Source: Halarcobacter sp.
GTDB taxonomy: Bacteria; Campylobacterota; Campylobacteria; Campylobacterales; Arcobacteraceae
Direction of reading: 5' to 3'
Length of the DNA: 64,000 nucleotides
Assembly: GCA_963676565.1 (NCBI GenBank)
Contig: OY781089.1
Location: 576,001 to 640,000, forward strand
The notes under the pieces are model-generated. The model was not told the origin of the DNA, searched no databases, and worked only from the letters and a program-made list of their open reading frames with translations. This document shows positions 21,289 through 29,553 of the stretch, in pieces. Numbering within the stretch: position 1 is the stretch's first letter; each line of letters opens with the position of its first letter. A program made the position numbers and the translations under genes.

Positions 21289-21576
21289 TCACCCACATTT
21301 ACCAGCGCCACAAGCACCTTCAACTTTTTTCTTCATATTAGCACCACATTTAGCCATTTCAGTTTTTTTACCTGACTTTCCACTCATCTCATCAGCCATC
21401 TCTTTTTTCTTTTCTCCACCACATTTAGCAGAACCACAAGAACCTTTTTTTTCTATTTTCTTTTCTCCACCACATTTTGAAGATCCACATGACCCACTAC
21501 CTGCATAAGCACCTGTACTTGATAAAGCAGCACCTAAAAGAACTCCAGCTAACTTGATTTTTGTATTTTTTTTCAT
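21289..21576 (-). CDS. Secreted Cys-rich RiPP precursor (HvfA/EGKCG-type)
   Basis: Signal peptide ending AYA, then GSCGSSKCG, GSCGSAKCG, AKCG and GACGAGKCG. Confidence 0.85.
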   Translation of the reverse strand: MKKNTKIKLAGVLLGAALSSTGAYAGSGSCGSSKCGGEKKIEKKGSCGSAKCGGEKKKEMADEMSGKSGKKTEMAKCGANMKKKVEGACGAGKCG

Positions 21577-21610
21577 TGTTTTTTCCTTTTTATATATAAT
21601 TTTATATTAT

Positions 21611-22189
21611 TTATTGTTCAACTGCTTGAACTTCTACAATTAATTTTACTGTTTCACCTACAGCAAAGCCACCAGCTTCTAAAACCTTATTCCATTTTAG
21701 ATCATAATCCATTCTATTTATTTTTCCTTCAAGGGTAAATCCAACTCTGTTGTTACCTTTAAAATCTTTTATTGTTCCAATATCTTCAACTTTCAGTTTT
21801 ACCTCCTTAGTAATTCCTCTAATTGTTAAATCTCCTACCATAACACCTTCATCCCCATCTGCTTTATAAGATTTCATTTTAAATGTTATATTTGGATATT
21901 TCTCTGCCAGAAAAAAATCTTCACTTCTTAGGTGATTATCTCTTTTTTCAATTCCTGTATCAACTGATATAGTTTTCACTGTTGCTTCAAGCATATTAAA
22001 AGATTTTGTTTTATAGTCAAAATCTATTTTTGCATCATAATCAGTAAAATTCCCCTTTACATTTGTAATCATTAAATGTTTTACAGAAAAACCAACTTCA
22101 CTATGAGATTTATCTAAATTATGAGGTGTAGCATTTGCTAATGATAAACCTAAAACTGATGTAAAAAGAAAAGTTTTAATAAGTTTCAT
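21611..22189 (-). CDS. yceI: YceI family periplasmic protein
   Basis: LDKSHSEVGFSVKH, RDNHLRSEDFF, GDLTIRGITK; signal peptide. Confidence 0.92.
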   Translation of the reverse strand: MKLIKTFLFTSVLGLSLANATPHNLDKSHSEVGFSVKHLMITNVKGNFTDYDAKIDFDYKTKSFNMLEATVKTISVDTGIEKRDNHLRSEDFFLAEKYPNITFKMKSYKADGDEGVMVGDLTIRGITKEVKLKVEDIGTIKDFKGNNRVGFTLEGKINRMDYDLKWNKVLEAGGFAVGETVKLIVEVQAVEQ

Positions 22190-22296
22190 TTAGTGCTCCT
22201 TTTTGTTTTGTTATTGGAAGTATAATTGAGTTTTGTTAAGTAAGTGTGTAGAGTATGTGTGGATTAATTATTTTATTATGTGATATAATATTTGCC

Positions 22297-22956
22297 ATGA
22301 AAATACTACTTTTAGAAGATGATTTAATACTTAATGAAATAGTTGAAGAGTTTTTAATAGACTTAGGTTACGACGTAACAGTTGCATATGATGGTATGCA
22401 TGCCAGTGAGATTATTTATGATGAACATTTTGATTTACTTATTTTAGATGTAAATGTTCCTAATATGACTGGTTTTGAGTTTTTAAAATCCTTAAGGGAT
22501 AATAATATCACTACTCCTGCTATTTTTACTACCTCTTTAGATTCAGTTGATGATGTTGAAGAAGGGTTTAATTCTGGGGCTGATGATTACTTAAAGAAAC
22601 CCTTTGAATTAAAAGAGTTAGAGCTTAGAATTAACAATATAAAAAGACTTTTACATATGGAAGATGATGAGTTAGTTATTGGAGAGAATTTAAAATTTAA
22701 TACAAAACTAAATTTTATTGATAATGATTCAATAAAAACTAAACTTCCATTAAAAGAAGCACAGATTTTAAAATACCTTTTAAACAATACTAATAGATGT
22801 GTATCTCAAGATGAACTAAGTTCAAATATTTGGTCATACGAAGATTCTCCAACTTCATCTACTATTAGAACATATATAAAAAATATTAGAAAAATTGTTG
22901 GAGATGAGTATATAGAAACTATAAAAGGGGTTGGTTATAGATTTAACAAGAAGTGA
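22297..22956 (+). CDS. OmpR-family response regulator (CrdR-like, copy 1)
   Basis: KILLLEDD, LDVNVP, GADDYLKKPF, IRTYIKNIR, KGVGY. Confidence 0.9.
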   Translation: MKILLLEDDLILNEIVEEFLIDLGYDVTVAYDGMHASEIIYDEHFDLLILDVNVPNMTGFEFLKSLRDNNITTPAIFTTSLDSVDDVEEGFNSGADDYLKKPFELKELELRINNIKRLLHMEDDELVIGENLKFNTKLNFIDNDSIKTKLPLKEAQILKYLLNNTNRCVSQDELSSNIWSYEDSPTSSTIRTYIKNIRKIVGDEYIETIKGVGYRFNKK

Positions 22957-24106
22957 AAAAAATACCTTTAGAAGATTTTTAGGACTTTATCTAGGTTCTT
23001 CACTTATTTTACTTAGTATAATATTTTATTTATTTTATAAAATGGAATCTAAACTACAATACGATTTAATCACTTCAAATATGCAAAATGTGGCGAGTAA
23101 AGTATCCTCAAGTATAATTTATGCACATATGGCAAACCTAACAATTGATGCAACAAAATTAACAAATTTTATAAAATACGAATATGCTTTATATGATAAA
23201 CAACATTCAATGTTAATAGGGAATCTTTTAGTTAGTAAAGGCAAAGAGATAGACCTATCAAAAAAACTTCAAAAAGTTGATGATAGTTATGTTTTAGTTG
23301 AAAGTTCACCTAAGGGGCATTTAGGTGTTTACCATATTGTAATTAAGGAAAATATTTATCATGGAAGAATAGAAGCCTTACTTGAAAAACTCTATTTTTA
23401 TTTCTTTTTGACTTTTTCTGCTATTGCTGTTATTGCTTATTATTTAGCAGGGATGTTTATTGCCCCAATTATTAATGAGAGAAAAAAATTAAACAATTTT
23501 ATCAAAGATACAACCCATGAATTAAATACTCCTATTACAGCTATTTTAATGAGTACAGGAAAAGGTGCACCAGCAACAGAAAAAAATCTACAAAGGATAA
23601 ATCTAAGTGCAAAAAGAATTTCTGAAATCTATAAAGATTTAGTGTATTTATTTTTGCAAGATAATAAAAAATCTAAGAAGTTAACAGAGTTAAACCTTGA
23701 TGAGATAATAGTTGAGCAACTTGAATATTTTGATTCTTTTGCTTCTAAGAAAAGATTAAAAATCACTTCAGATTTAGAGCCAACAAAATTTACAATTGAT
23801 AAAGAAAACTTTATTAGACTGTTTAATAATCTAGTTTCAAATGCTATAAAATATAACACCATAGGTGGTTCGATTGATATAGAACTAAAAAATAGTGTTC
23901 TAAAAATCAAAGATACAGGTATTGGTATTGCTGAAGATAAACTTGAAGATATTTTTAATAGATATTTTAGAGCTACAAAAGAGCAGGGTGGTTTTGGTAT
24001 TGGATTAAATATTGTTTATCATATTTGTAAAACTTACAATATAAGTATTGATGTTGAATCAAAAGAGAAAGAGGGTACTACTTTTACTTTAGATTTTAAA
24101 GGTTAA
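22931..24106 (+). CDS. Sensor histidine kinase (CrdS-like, copy 1)
   Basis: DTTHELNTP, NNLVSNAIKY, DTGIGI, GGFGIGL. Confidence 0.9.
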   Translation: MVIDLTRSEKNTFRRFLGLYLGSSLILLSIIFYLFYKMESKLQYDLITSNMQNVASKVSSSIIYAHMANLTIDATKLTNFIKYEYALYDKQHSMLIGNLLVSKGKEIDLSKKLQKVDDSYVLVESSPKGHLGVYHIVIKENIYHGRIEALLEKLYFYFFLTFSAIAVIAYYLAGMFIAPIINERKKLNNFIKDTTHELNTPITAILMSTGKGAPATEKNLQRINLSAKRISEIYKDLVYLFLQDNKKSKKLTELNLDEIIVEQLEYFDSFASKKRLKITSDLEPTKFTIDKENFIRLFNNLVSNAIKYNTIGGSIDIELKNSVLKIKDTGIGIAEDKLEDIFNRYFRATKEQGGFGIGLNIVYHICKTYNISIDVESKEKEGTTFTLDFKG

Positions 24107-24755
24107 GTTTATACCCAATTGCTTTAATATTTAAAATTTTTTCTTTACCCAATATTTTACGAAGATTTTTTATATAAGTTCTAATAGTAGTATCAGTTGG
24201 AACTTCATCATAAACCCAATTATTGTTTGCAATCTCCTCTATTGATACAGCTTTATTTTTATTTTTTAAAAGATATTCAAAAACCTTTGCTTCCATTTTT
24301 GAAAGTCTTGTATTTGTTTCATTACTAAGTAATGTTTTACTATCAAAATCATATTCTATCGCATTTGTTAGTTTTGTTTTTCCATTGTTTTCTATTTGTC
24401 TTAGTCTTTTTATATTGTTTATTCTAAGCTCTAATTCACTTAAATGAAAAGGTTTTTTTATATAATCATCAGCCCCCGCATCAAAACCATTTTTCATATC
24501 ATTAGAAGTGTGTAAAGAGGTGATATAAATAGTAGGGATATCAATAGAGTTTTCTTTTAAACTTTTTAATAAATCTAAGCCATTTATTGAGGGTACATTT
24601 ACATCTAATAAAAGTAGATCAAAGCTATTTTCATAAATAGCTTCAAGTGCATCTTGACCATCATAAGTAGTTATAACTTCATAGTTTAAATCAAGTAAAA
24701 ACTCTTCAATTATCTCATTTAATAAGGTGTCATCTTCAAGTAATAAAACCTTCAT
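24096..24755 (-). CDS. OmpR-family response regulator (CrdR-like, copy 2)
   Basis: Paralog of 22297-22956: KVLLLEDD, LDVNVP, IRTYIKNLR. Confidence 0.9.
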   Translation of the reverse strand: MKVLLLEDDTLLNEIIEEFLLDLNYEVITTYDGQDALEAIYENSFDLLLLDVNVPSINGLDLLKSLKENSIDIPTIYITSLHTSNDMKNGFDAGADDYIKKPFHLSELELRINNIKRLRQIENNGKTKLTNAIEYDFDSKTLLSNETNTRLSKMEAKVFEYLLKNKNKAVSIEEIANNNWVYDEVPTDTTIRTYIKNLRKILGKEKILNIKAIGYKLNL

Positions 24756-24819
24756 TTATTATCCTAAATTCTCCAATTTTTCTAAGTATATCATTAGTTT
24801 TATATTTAAAGATTAAATT

Positions 24820-24852
24820 TTCCATACTTTTTCCACGCTAAAAAGTCATAAT
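24820..24852 (+). promoter_or_regulatory. Putative OmpR-type operator (TTCCATA-N4-TTCCACG) plus -10 box CATAAT
   Basis: Direct repeat with 11-bp period; same geometry as at 26893. Confidence 0.5.
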
Positions 24853-24877
24853 TCCAAAGTTTTAATAAAGGCACTAA

Positions 24878-25171
24878 ATGAGAAATCTATTAATTTTTTT
24901 TATTTTTGTAACAAATCTATTTTCCCTTGATGAAGGAGCTGTTTTATATAGTTCATGTAAATTTTGTCATGGAAATAAAGCAGAAAAGATTTATATGGAT
25001 GCGATACCTTCACTTAGAGATTCAAATATTAACACTTTAATCAAAAAACTAGAAGGGTATAAAGCAGGAACTATTAACGACTACGGTTTTGGGGAGATTA
25101 TGAAACAGCAAATGAAAAATATCCCGGATGAAAAGATAACAACTTTAGCAAAATATATAAAGAACTTATAA
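24878..25171 (+). CDS. Monoheme cytochrome c (c553-like)
   Basis: Signal peptide, CKFCHG, distal Met region GEIMKQQM. Confidence 0.85.
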   Translation: MRNLLIFFIFVTNLFSLDEGAVLYSSCKFCHGNKAEKIYMDAIPSLRDSNINTLIKKLEGYKAGTINDYGFGEIMKQQMKNIPDEKITTLAKYIKNL

Positions 25172-25181
25172 AGGAAATAAA

Positions 25182-25610
25182 ATGAAAAAAACATTACTTG
25201 TAACTGTGTTTGCAGCTACATTAAGCTTCGCTCAAACTGCAAAAGAGATGATTGTATATAAAACTCCATATTGTGGCTGTTGTACAAAATGGACTGAAAT
25301 AATGCAGAAAAATGGAATTAATGTAAAAGTAAGAATGGTAAACGATGTAAATAGGGTAAATAATAAACTTGGTATTGATTCATCTTTAGCTTCTTGTCAT
25401 ACAGCTATTATTGACGATTATATTGTAATTGGTCATGTTGATTATTCAGCTGTGAAAAAAATGTTAGAGGAAAAACCTGATATTTATGGAATCACTGTTC
25501 CTGGTATGCCAATAGGAAGCCCAGGAATGGAACAAGGAGATGTAAAACAAGCTTATAATGTTTTATCTATTAAAAAAGATGGTTCTACAGCAATTTATGA
25601 AAAACACTAG
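25182..25610 (+). CDS. DUF411/CopG-like periplasmic metal-binding protein
   Basis: YKTPYCGCC, SCHTA, GHV, PGMPIGSPGME. Confidence 0.9.
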   Translation: MKKTLLVTVFAATLSFAQTAKEMIVYKTPYCGCCTKWTEIMQKNGINVKVRMVNDVNRVNNKLGIDSSLASCHTAIIDDYIVIGHVDYSAVKKMLEEKPDIYGITVPGMPIGSPGMEQGDVKQAYNVLSIKKDGSTAIYEKH

Positions 25611-25722
25611 ATAGAAAAGATTATGAAAAAAAAGAGATTTTGTAAAGCTATGAATACAAGGTTTTGTAGCGACACTTTTATACCAAATACTCTATTATGA
25701 TATAATCTTCAGAAATTTTATT

Positions 25723-26883
25723 TTGGAGATTATTATCGATTTAACTAGAAATGAAAAGAGGACATTTTATAGGTTTTTTGGACTATATTTAGGTGGTTCA
25801 TTATTTTTAATGATGTTAATAGCAATACTTTATTACCAAAATGAAAAAAAACTATATTTTTATTTAACAAAAACAAAAATGCAAAATGTTGTTTCAAATA
25901 TCTCTTCAAGAATTATCTTTGCTCATATGAGCGATAGTTCTTTAGACTTAAAACAGTTTTTAAAAAACGATATTTATAAAATCTCTTTTTATGATAAAGA
26001 TAAAAATTTGATTATTGGTAATTTAAATGAAAAAATTGATTTTACAAAACAATTTATTCAAAATGAACAAAATTTTACACTAGTTAATGACTCTACTTAT
26101 GGGCATTTGGGTGTTTCTTATATTGTAATTCAAGAAAACCTTTTATTTAAAAGTTTAAAAAAAATGCAAGTAGATATTATCACTTTATTTTTGATTGTAT
26201 ATTCTATTTTAGCTTTAATCGGTTTCTTTCTTGCGAAACTTCTTATTAAACCAATAAAAGATGAAAGGGAAAAACTCAACAATTTTATAAAAGATACAAC
26301 CCATGAGTTAAATACTCCTATTAGTGCAATTTTGATGTCAAGTGAGAGTGAAGAATTGACTAAAAAACAGATAAAAAGAATTCAATTAGCAGCTAATAAA
26401 ATCTCTGAAATATATAAAGATTTAACTTATGTTTTTTTAGAAGATAATTCAGATAAGGAAGATTTTAAAGAGATAAATCTTAAAGAGATAATCACTTCAC
26501 AGTTAAAATATTTTGAAGCCTTAGCAGAGAGGAAAAAAATATCAATATCTACTTTTTTAGAGGATACAAACTATTTTATTGATGAAAATGATTTTATTAG
26601 ATTATTTAATAACTTGCTTTCAAATGCTGTAAAATATAATAAAATGAAAGGTTCAATTTTTATAGAACTAAAAAATAAAACTCTTACAATAAAAGATACT
26701 GGTATAGGTATAGAAGAGAAAAAAATTAATGATATTTTTAACAGATACTTTAGAGCTACAACTCAAAGTGGAGGTTTTGGAATAGGGCTTAATATTGTAA
26801 AAAATATTACTACTAAATACAATATTGATATTCAGGTTGATTCTAAAGTTAATGAGGGTACAACTTTTACTTTAAAGTTTTAA
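25723..26883 (+). CDS. Sensor histidine kinase (CrdS-like, copy 2)
   Basis: Paralog of 22931-24106 (IDLTRxEK, GHLGV, DTTHELNTP). Confidence 0.9.
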   Translation: MEIIIDLTRNEKRTFYRFFGLYLGGSLFLMMLIAILYYQNEKKLYFYLTKTKMQNVVSNISSRIIFAHMSDSSLDLKQFLKNDIYKISFYDKDKNLIIGNLNEKIDFTKQFIQNEQNFTLVNDSTYGHLGVSYIVIQENLLFKSLKKMQVDIITLFLIVYSILALIGFFLAKLLIKPIKDEREKLNNFIKDTTHELNTPISAILMSSESEELTKKQIKRIQLAANKISEIYKDLTYVFLEDNSDKEDFKEINLKEIITSQLKYFEALAERKKISISTFLEDTNYFIDENDFIRLFNNLLSNAVKYNKMKGSIFIELKNKTLTIKDTGIGIEEKKINDIFNRYFRATTQSGGFGIGLNIVKNITTKYNIDIQVDSKVNEGTTFTLKF

Positions 26884-26892
26884 TCTCTTTTC

Positions 26893-26925
26893 TTCCACAC
26901 TTTTTCCCCATTAGATTTTTATACT
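26893..26925 (+). promoter_or_regulatory. Putative OmpR-type operator (TTCCACA-N4-TTCCCCA) plus -10 box TATACT upstream of crdA
   Basis: Direct repeat with 11-bp period; the -10 box starts 16 nt after the start of the second repeat. Confidence 0.55.
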
Positions 26926-26951
26926 TCGTTAAATTTTTTAAAGGAGTAAAA

Positions 26952-27332
26952 ATGAAATTAGTAAAATTAATTTCTATTTTAGCGCTTACTGTTGGTCTTT
27001 TATGGGCTGAACCAATTAATCTTTCTGGTAAAAAAGATGGATATGATGTAAATTTAGTATCAGAAAAATCATTAGTTGTTGGGGATAATATCTTTTATGT
27101 AACACTTTCAAAAGATGGTAAAGCATTAGAAGATGCAAAAGTTAAAGCAAAATTTTTCATGCCAGAGATGCCAGGTATGCCTTATATGGAGCAAGTAGGA
27201 AAAGCAGAATTAGTTGATGGTAAATATAAAATATTAATCAACTTTTCAATGAGTGGAACTTGGCAATACCATTTAATGTTTAAAACAGCAGATGGCGAAG
27301 TTCATAAAATTAGATCAAGTGTAAATCTATAA
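26952..27332 (+). CDS. crdA: Copper resistance determinant CrdA (YtkA/FixH-like)
   Basis: FFMPEMPGMPYM and SMSGTWQ resemble H. pylori CrdA; first gene of the crdAB-czcBA order. Confidence 0.8.
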   Translation: MKLVKLISILALTVGLLWAEPINLSGKKDGYDVNLVSEKSLVVGDNIFYVTLSKDGKALEDAKVKAKFFMPEMPGMPYMEQVGKAELVDGKYKILINFSMSGTWQYHLMFKTADGEVHKIRSSVNL

Positions 27333-27340
27333 GAGTTACC

Positions 27341-28543
27341 ATGTTAAAAAAATCTTTAGTTATCGCTTCATTTTTTGTAATAACATCAAATGCCCAAACC
27401 CTTGACAATTTAGTTAACTCTTTACTTGAGAAAAACTATACGTTAAAAGAAATTAATAGCTCTACTGATGTTTTAAAAGAACAAATCTCTTTATCTTATA
27501 AGTGGAATAATCCAATTTTATCTTTTGGAGCTACAGACTTACAATTAAATGATATAACAAAAAGGGATAAAGAGCCTATGCAGGCACATTTTGTAGGAAT
27601 TACACAAAATATACCCCTAGGCGATAAACTAGAGATTTCAAAAAATATTGCAGTTGATGATTATGAAATATCTAAACTTCAACTAGAAGATAAAAAGCTA
27701 GAGTTAAAAGCTTTAGTTTATGAATACGCTTTTAAAATTAAGCTCATTGAAGAGAGATTAGCTTTATTTGAAGAGTTTAAAACAAATACAAAAAAACTTG
27801 AATCTCTTCTTCAAAATCTTTATAAATATAATAAAGCTTCTCAAGAACAGATTATCAATACACAAATTATATATAAAGAATTAAAATTAAACTCTTCAAA
27901 ACTTACAAGGGCACTTAATAGTTTAAAACTAAAACTAGAAAATCTTACCTATGAAAAAATTGATACAATTGATTTTGATACAAGTTTAGAAGAAAAGAAT
28001 ATTTCTATTGATATCTCAAGTCATCCAAAAATTTTAGAACTAAATAAACTTATAGAAAAAAGTTCAAAAATCTCTTCATTAGAAGAGGAAAAAAAATACT
28101 CAGATATAAAAACGAATCTAACATATTTCCAAAGGGATGAAAAATTTGAAGATTATGTTAATTTATCTTTTGCCATTCCACTTTCAGTTTATGGAAATGA
28201 AGATATAAAAGCTACAAAAGCAAAATTAAAATCTGTACAACTAAAACATAAATTAGAAGATATAAAATTTAATTTTAAAAATAAAATTGAAACAATTAAA
28301 CAAAATTTAAATGACTCACTAATAACTTTTAATATTATTCAAAAAGAGATTCTTCCAAAACAAGAAGAGTTACAAAAAATACTTGAAAACTATAATACAA
28401 CTTTAATGTATAAAAAAATCGATACAAGAGTATTAATAAAAAACCAAAATGAAATAATCAAATATAAATTAAAAGCCATTGATGAAAAAGAGAATTATTT
28501 CACTTCATTGGCAAAAACTTATTATTTTGACAAGGATTTATGA
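27341..28543 (+). CDS. crdB: TolC-family outer membrane efflux protein (CrdB-like)
   Basis: WNNP, EPMQ..GITQNIP, coiled-coil content; operon position. Confidence 0.7.
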   Translation: MLKKSLVIASFFVITSNAQTLDNLVNSLLEKNYTLKEINSSTDVLKEQISLSYKWNNPILSFGATDLQLNDITKRDKEPMQAHFVGITQNIPLGDKLEISKNIAVDDYEISKLQLEDKKLELKALVYEYAFKIKLIEERLALFEEFKTNTKKLESLLQNLYKYNKASQEQIINTQIIYKELKLNSSKLTRALNSLKLKLENLTYEKIDTIDFDTSLEEKNISIDISSHPKILELNKLIEKSSKISSLEEEKKYSDIKTNLTYFQRDEKFEDYVNLSFAIPLSVYGNEDIKATKAKLKSVQLKHKLEDIKFNFKNKIETIKQNLNDSLITFNIIQKEILPKQEELQKILENYNTTLMYKKIDTRVLIKNQNEIIKYKLKAIDEKENYFTSLAKTYYFDKDL

Positions 28544-29544
28544 TGAAAAGACTCATACTATCCCTAGTATTGGGCTTTGCAGTACTAAATGCTCAAATTC
28601 TTGAAGTTGAGCAGTTGTTCAATAAAAAGCTTACAGAAGTAAAAAAAGAGCAAATAGGTACCTTAAAAAGCTTTTATGGGCATATGAAGATTAATGAAAC
28701 AAAAATTTATGATATTGTTACTAGATTCGATGGATATATAACAAAACTTGATGCAAATGAGCAATATAAATTTGTAAAAAAAGGTGAATCTTTATTTTCT
28801 CTTTATTCAGATGAGATAAACTCAATTTCGCAAGAGATAAAGATTGCAAAAAGAATTAACAAGAATTTACTAAAGGGAAATATTGAAAAATTAAAATCTT
28901 TAGATTTAGATAAAAAAAATATTAATAAAATTGTAAATTCAAAAAATGTAATTAAAGAAATATCTATTTATTCTCCAATTGATTCTATAATATTAAATAA
29001 AAGTATAAATAATGGAAGTTTTGTAAAAAAAGGGAAACTACTTTTACAACTTGCACCTTTAGATGAACTTTTGTTTATAGCTTCTGTTTATCAAAAAGAT
29101 TTAACATTTTTAAAAGAGGGAATGGAAGCAAAAATCACTGTTGATGGATTTGAAAAACCAGTTATTTCAAAAGTTGATAAGATTTATCCAAATATTGATT
29201 TAAAAACTAAAACTGTAGATGTAAGATTTATTATTCCAAATGAAGATTTAAAACTGTTTCCAAATATGTTTGCAAAAGTTTTAATAAGAGATACCCAAAA
29301 AGAGATTTTAACTTTACCTAAAACTGCTGTTTTATCTAAAGGGGATAAATATTATGCTTTTGAACAACTATCAAAATCACAGTTTGAACCAATAGAAATA
29401 AAAGCAAAAAGAATCTCTTCAAATAAATATGAGATACTTGATGGTTTAAAAGAGGGACAAAAAGTAGTTGATAATGCATTATTCTTACTTGATTCAGATG
29501 CAATTACAAATGGACTATATAGTTCAGATGATGATGACTGGTAG
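28540..29544 (+). CDS. RND periplasmic adaptor (CusB/CzcB-like)
   Basis: RFDGYI..L, IYSPIDS, LFPNMFA, GLKEGQKVV. Confidence 0.88.
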   Translation: MMKRLILSLVLGFAVLNAQILEVEQLFNKKLTEVKKEQIGTLKSFYGHMKINETKIYDIVTRFDGYITKLDANEQYKFVKKGESLFSLYSDEINSISQEIKIAKRINKNLLKGNIEKLKSLDLDKKNINKIVNSKNVIKEISIYSPIDSIILNKSINNGSFVKKGKLLLQLAPLDELLFIASVYQKDLTFLKEGMEAKITVDGFEKPVISKVDKIYPNIDLKTKTVDVRFIIPNEDLKLFPNMFAKVLIRDTQKEILTLPKTAVLSKGDKYYAFEQLSKSQFEPIEIKAKRISSNKYEILDGLKEGQKVVDNALFLLDSDAITNGLYSSDDDDW

Positions 29545-29553
29545 GATTAAATC

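Noticed and set aside
22255..22296. ORF-track N-terminal extension of the response regulator
   Set aside because: The receiver domain begins at MKILLLEDD; the extension is promoter DNA.
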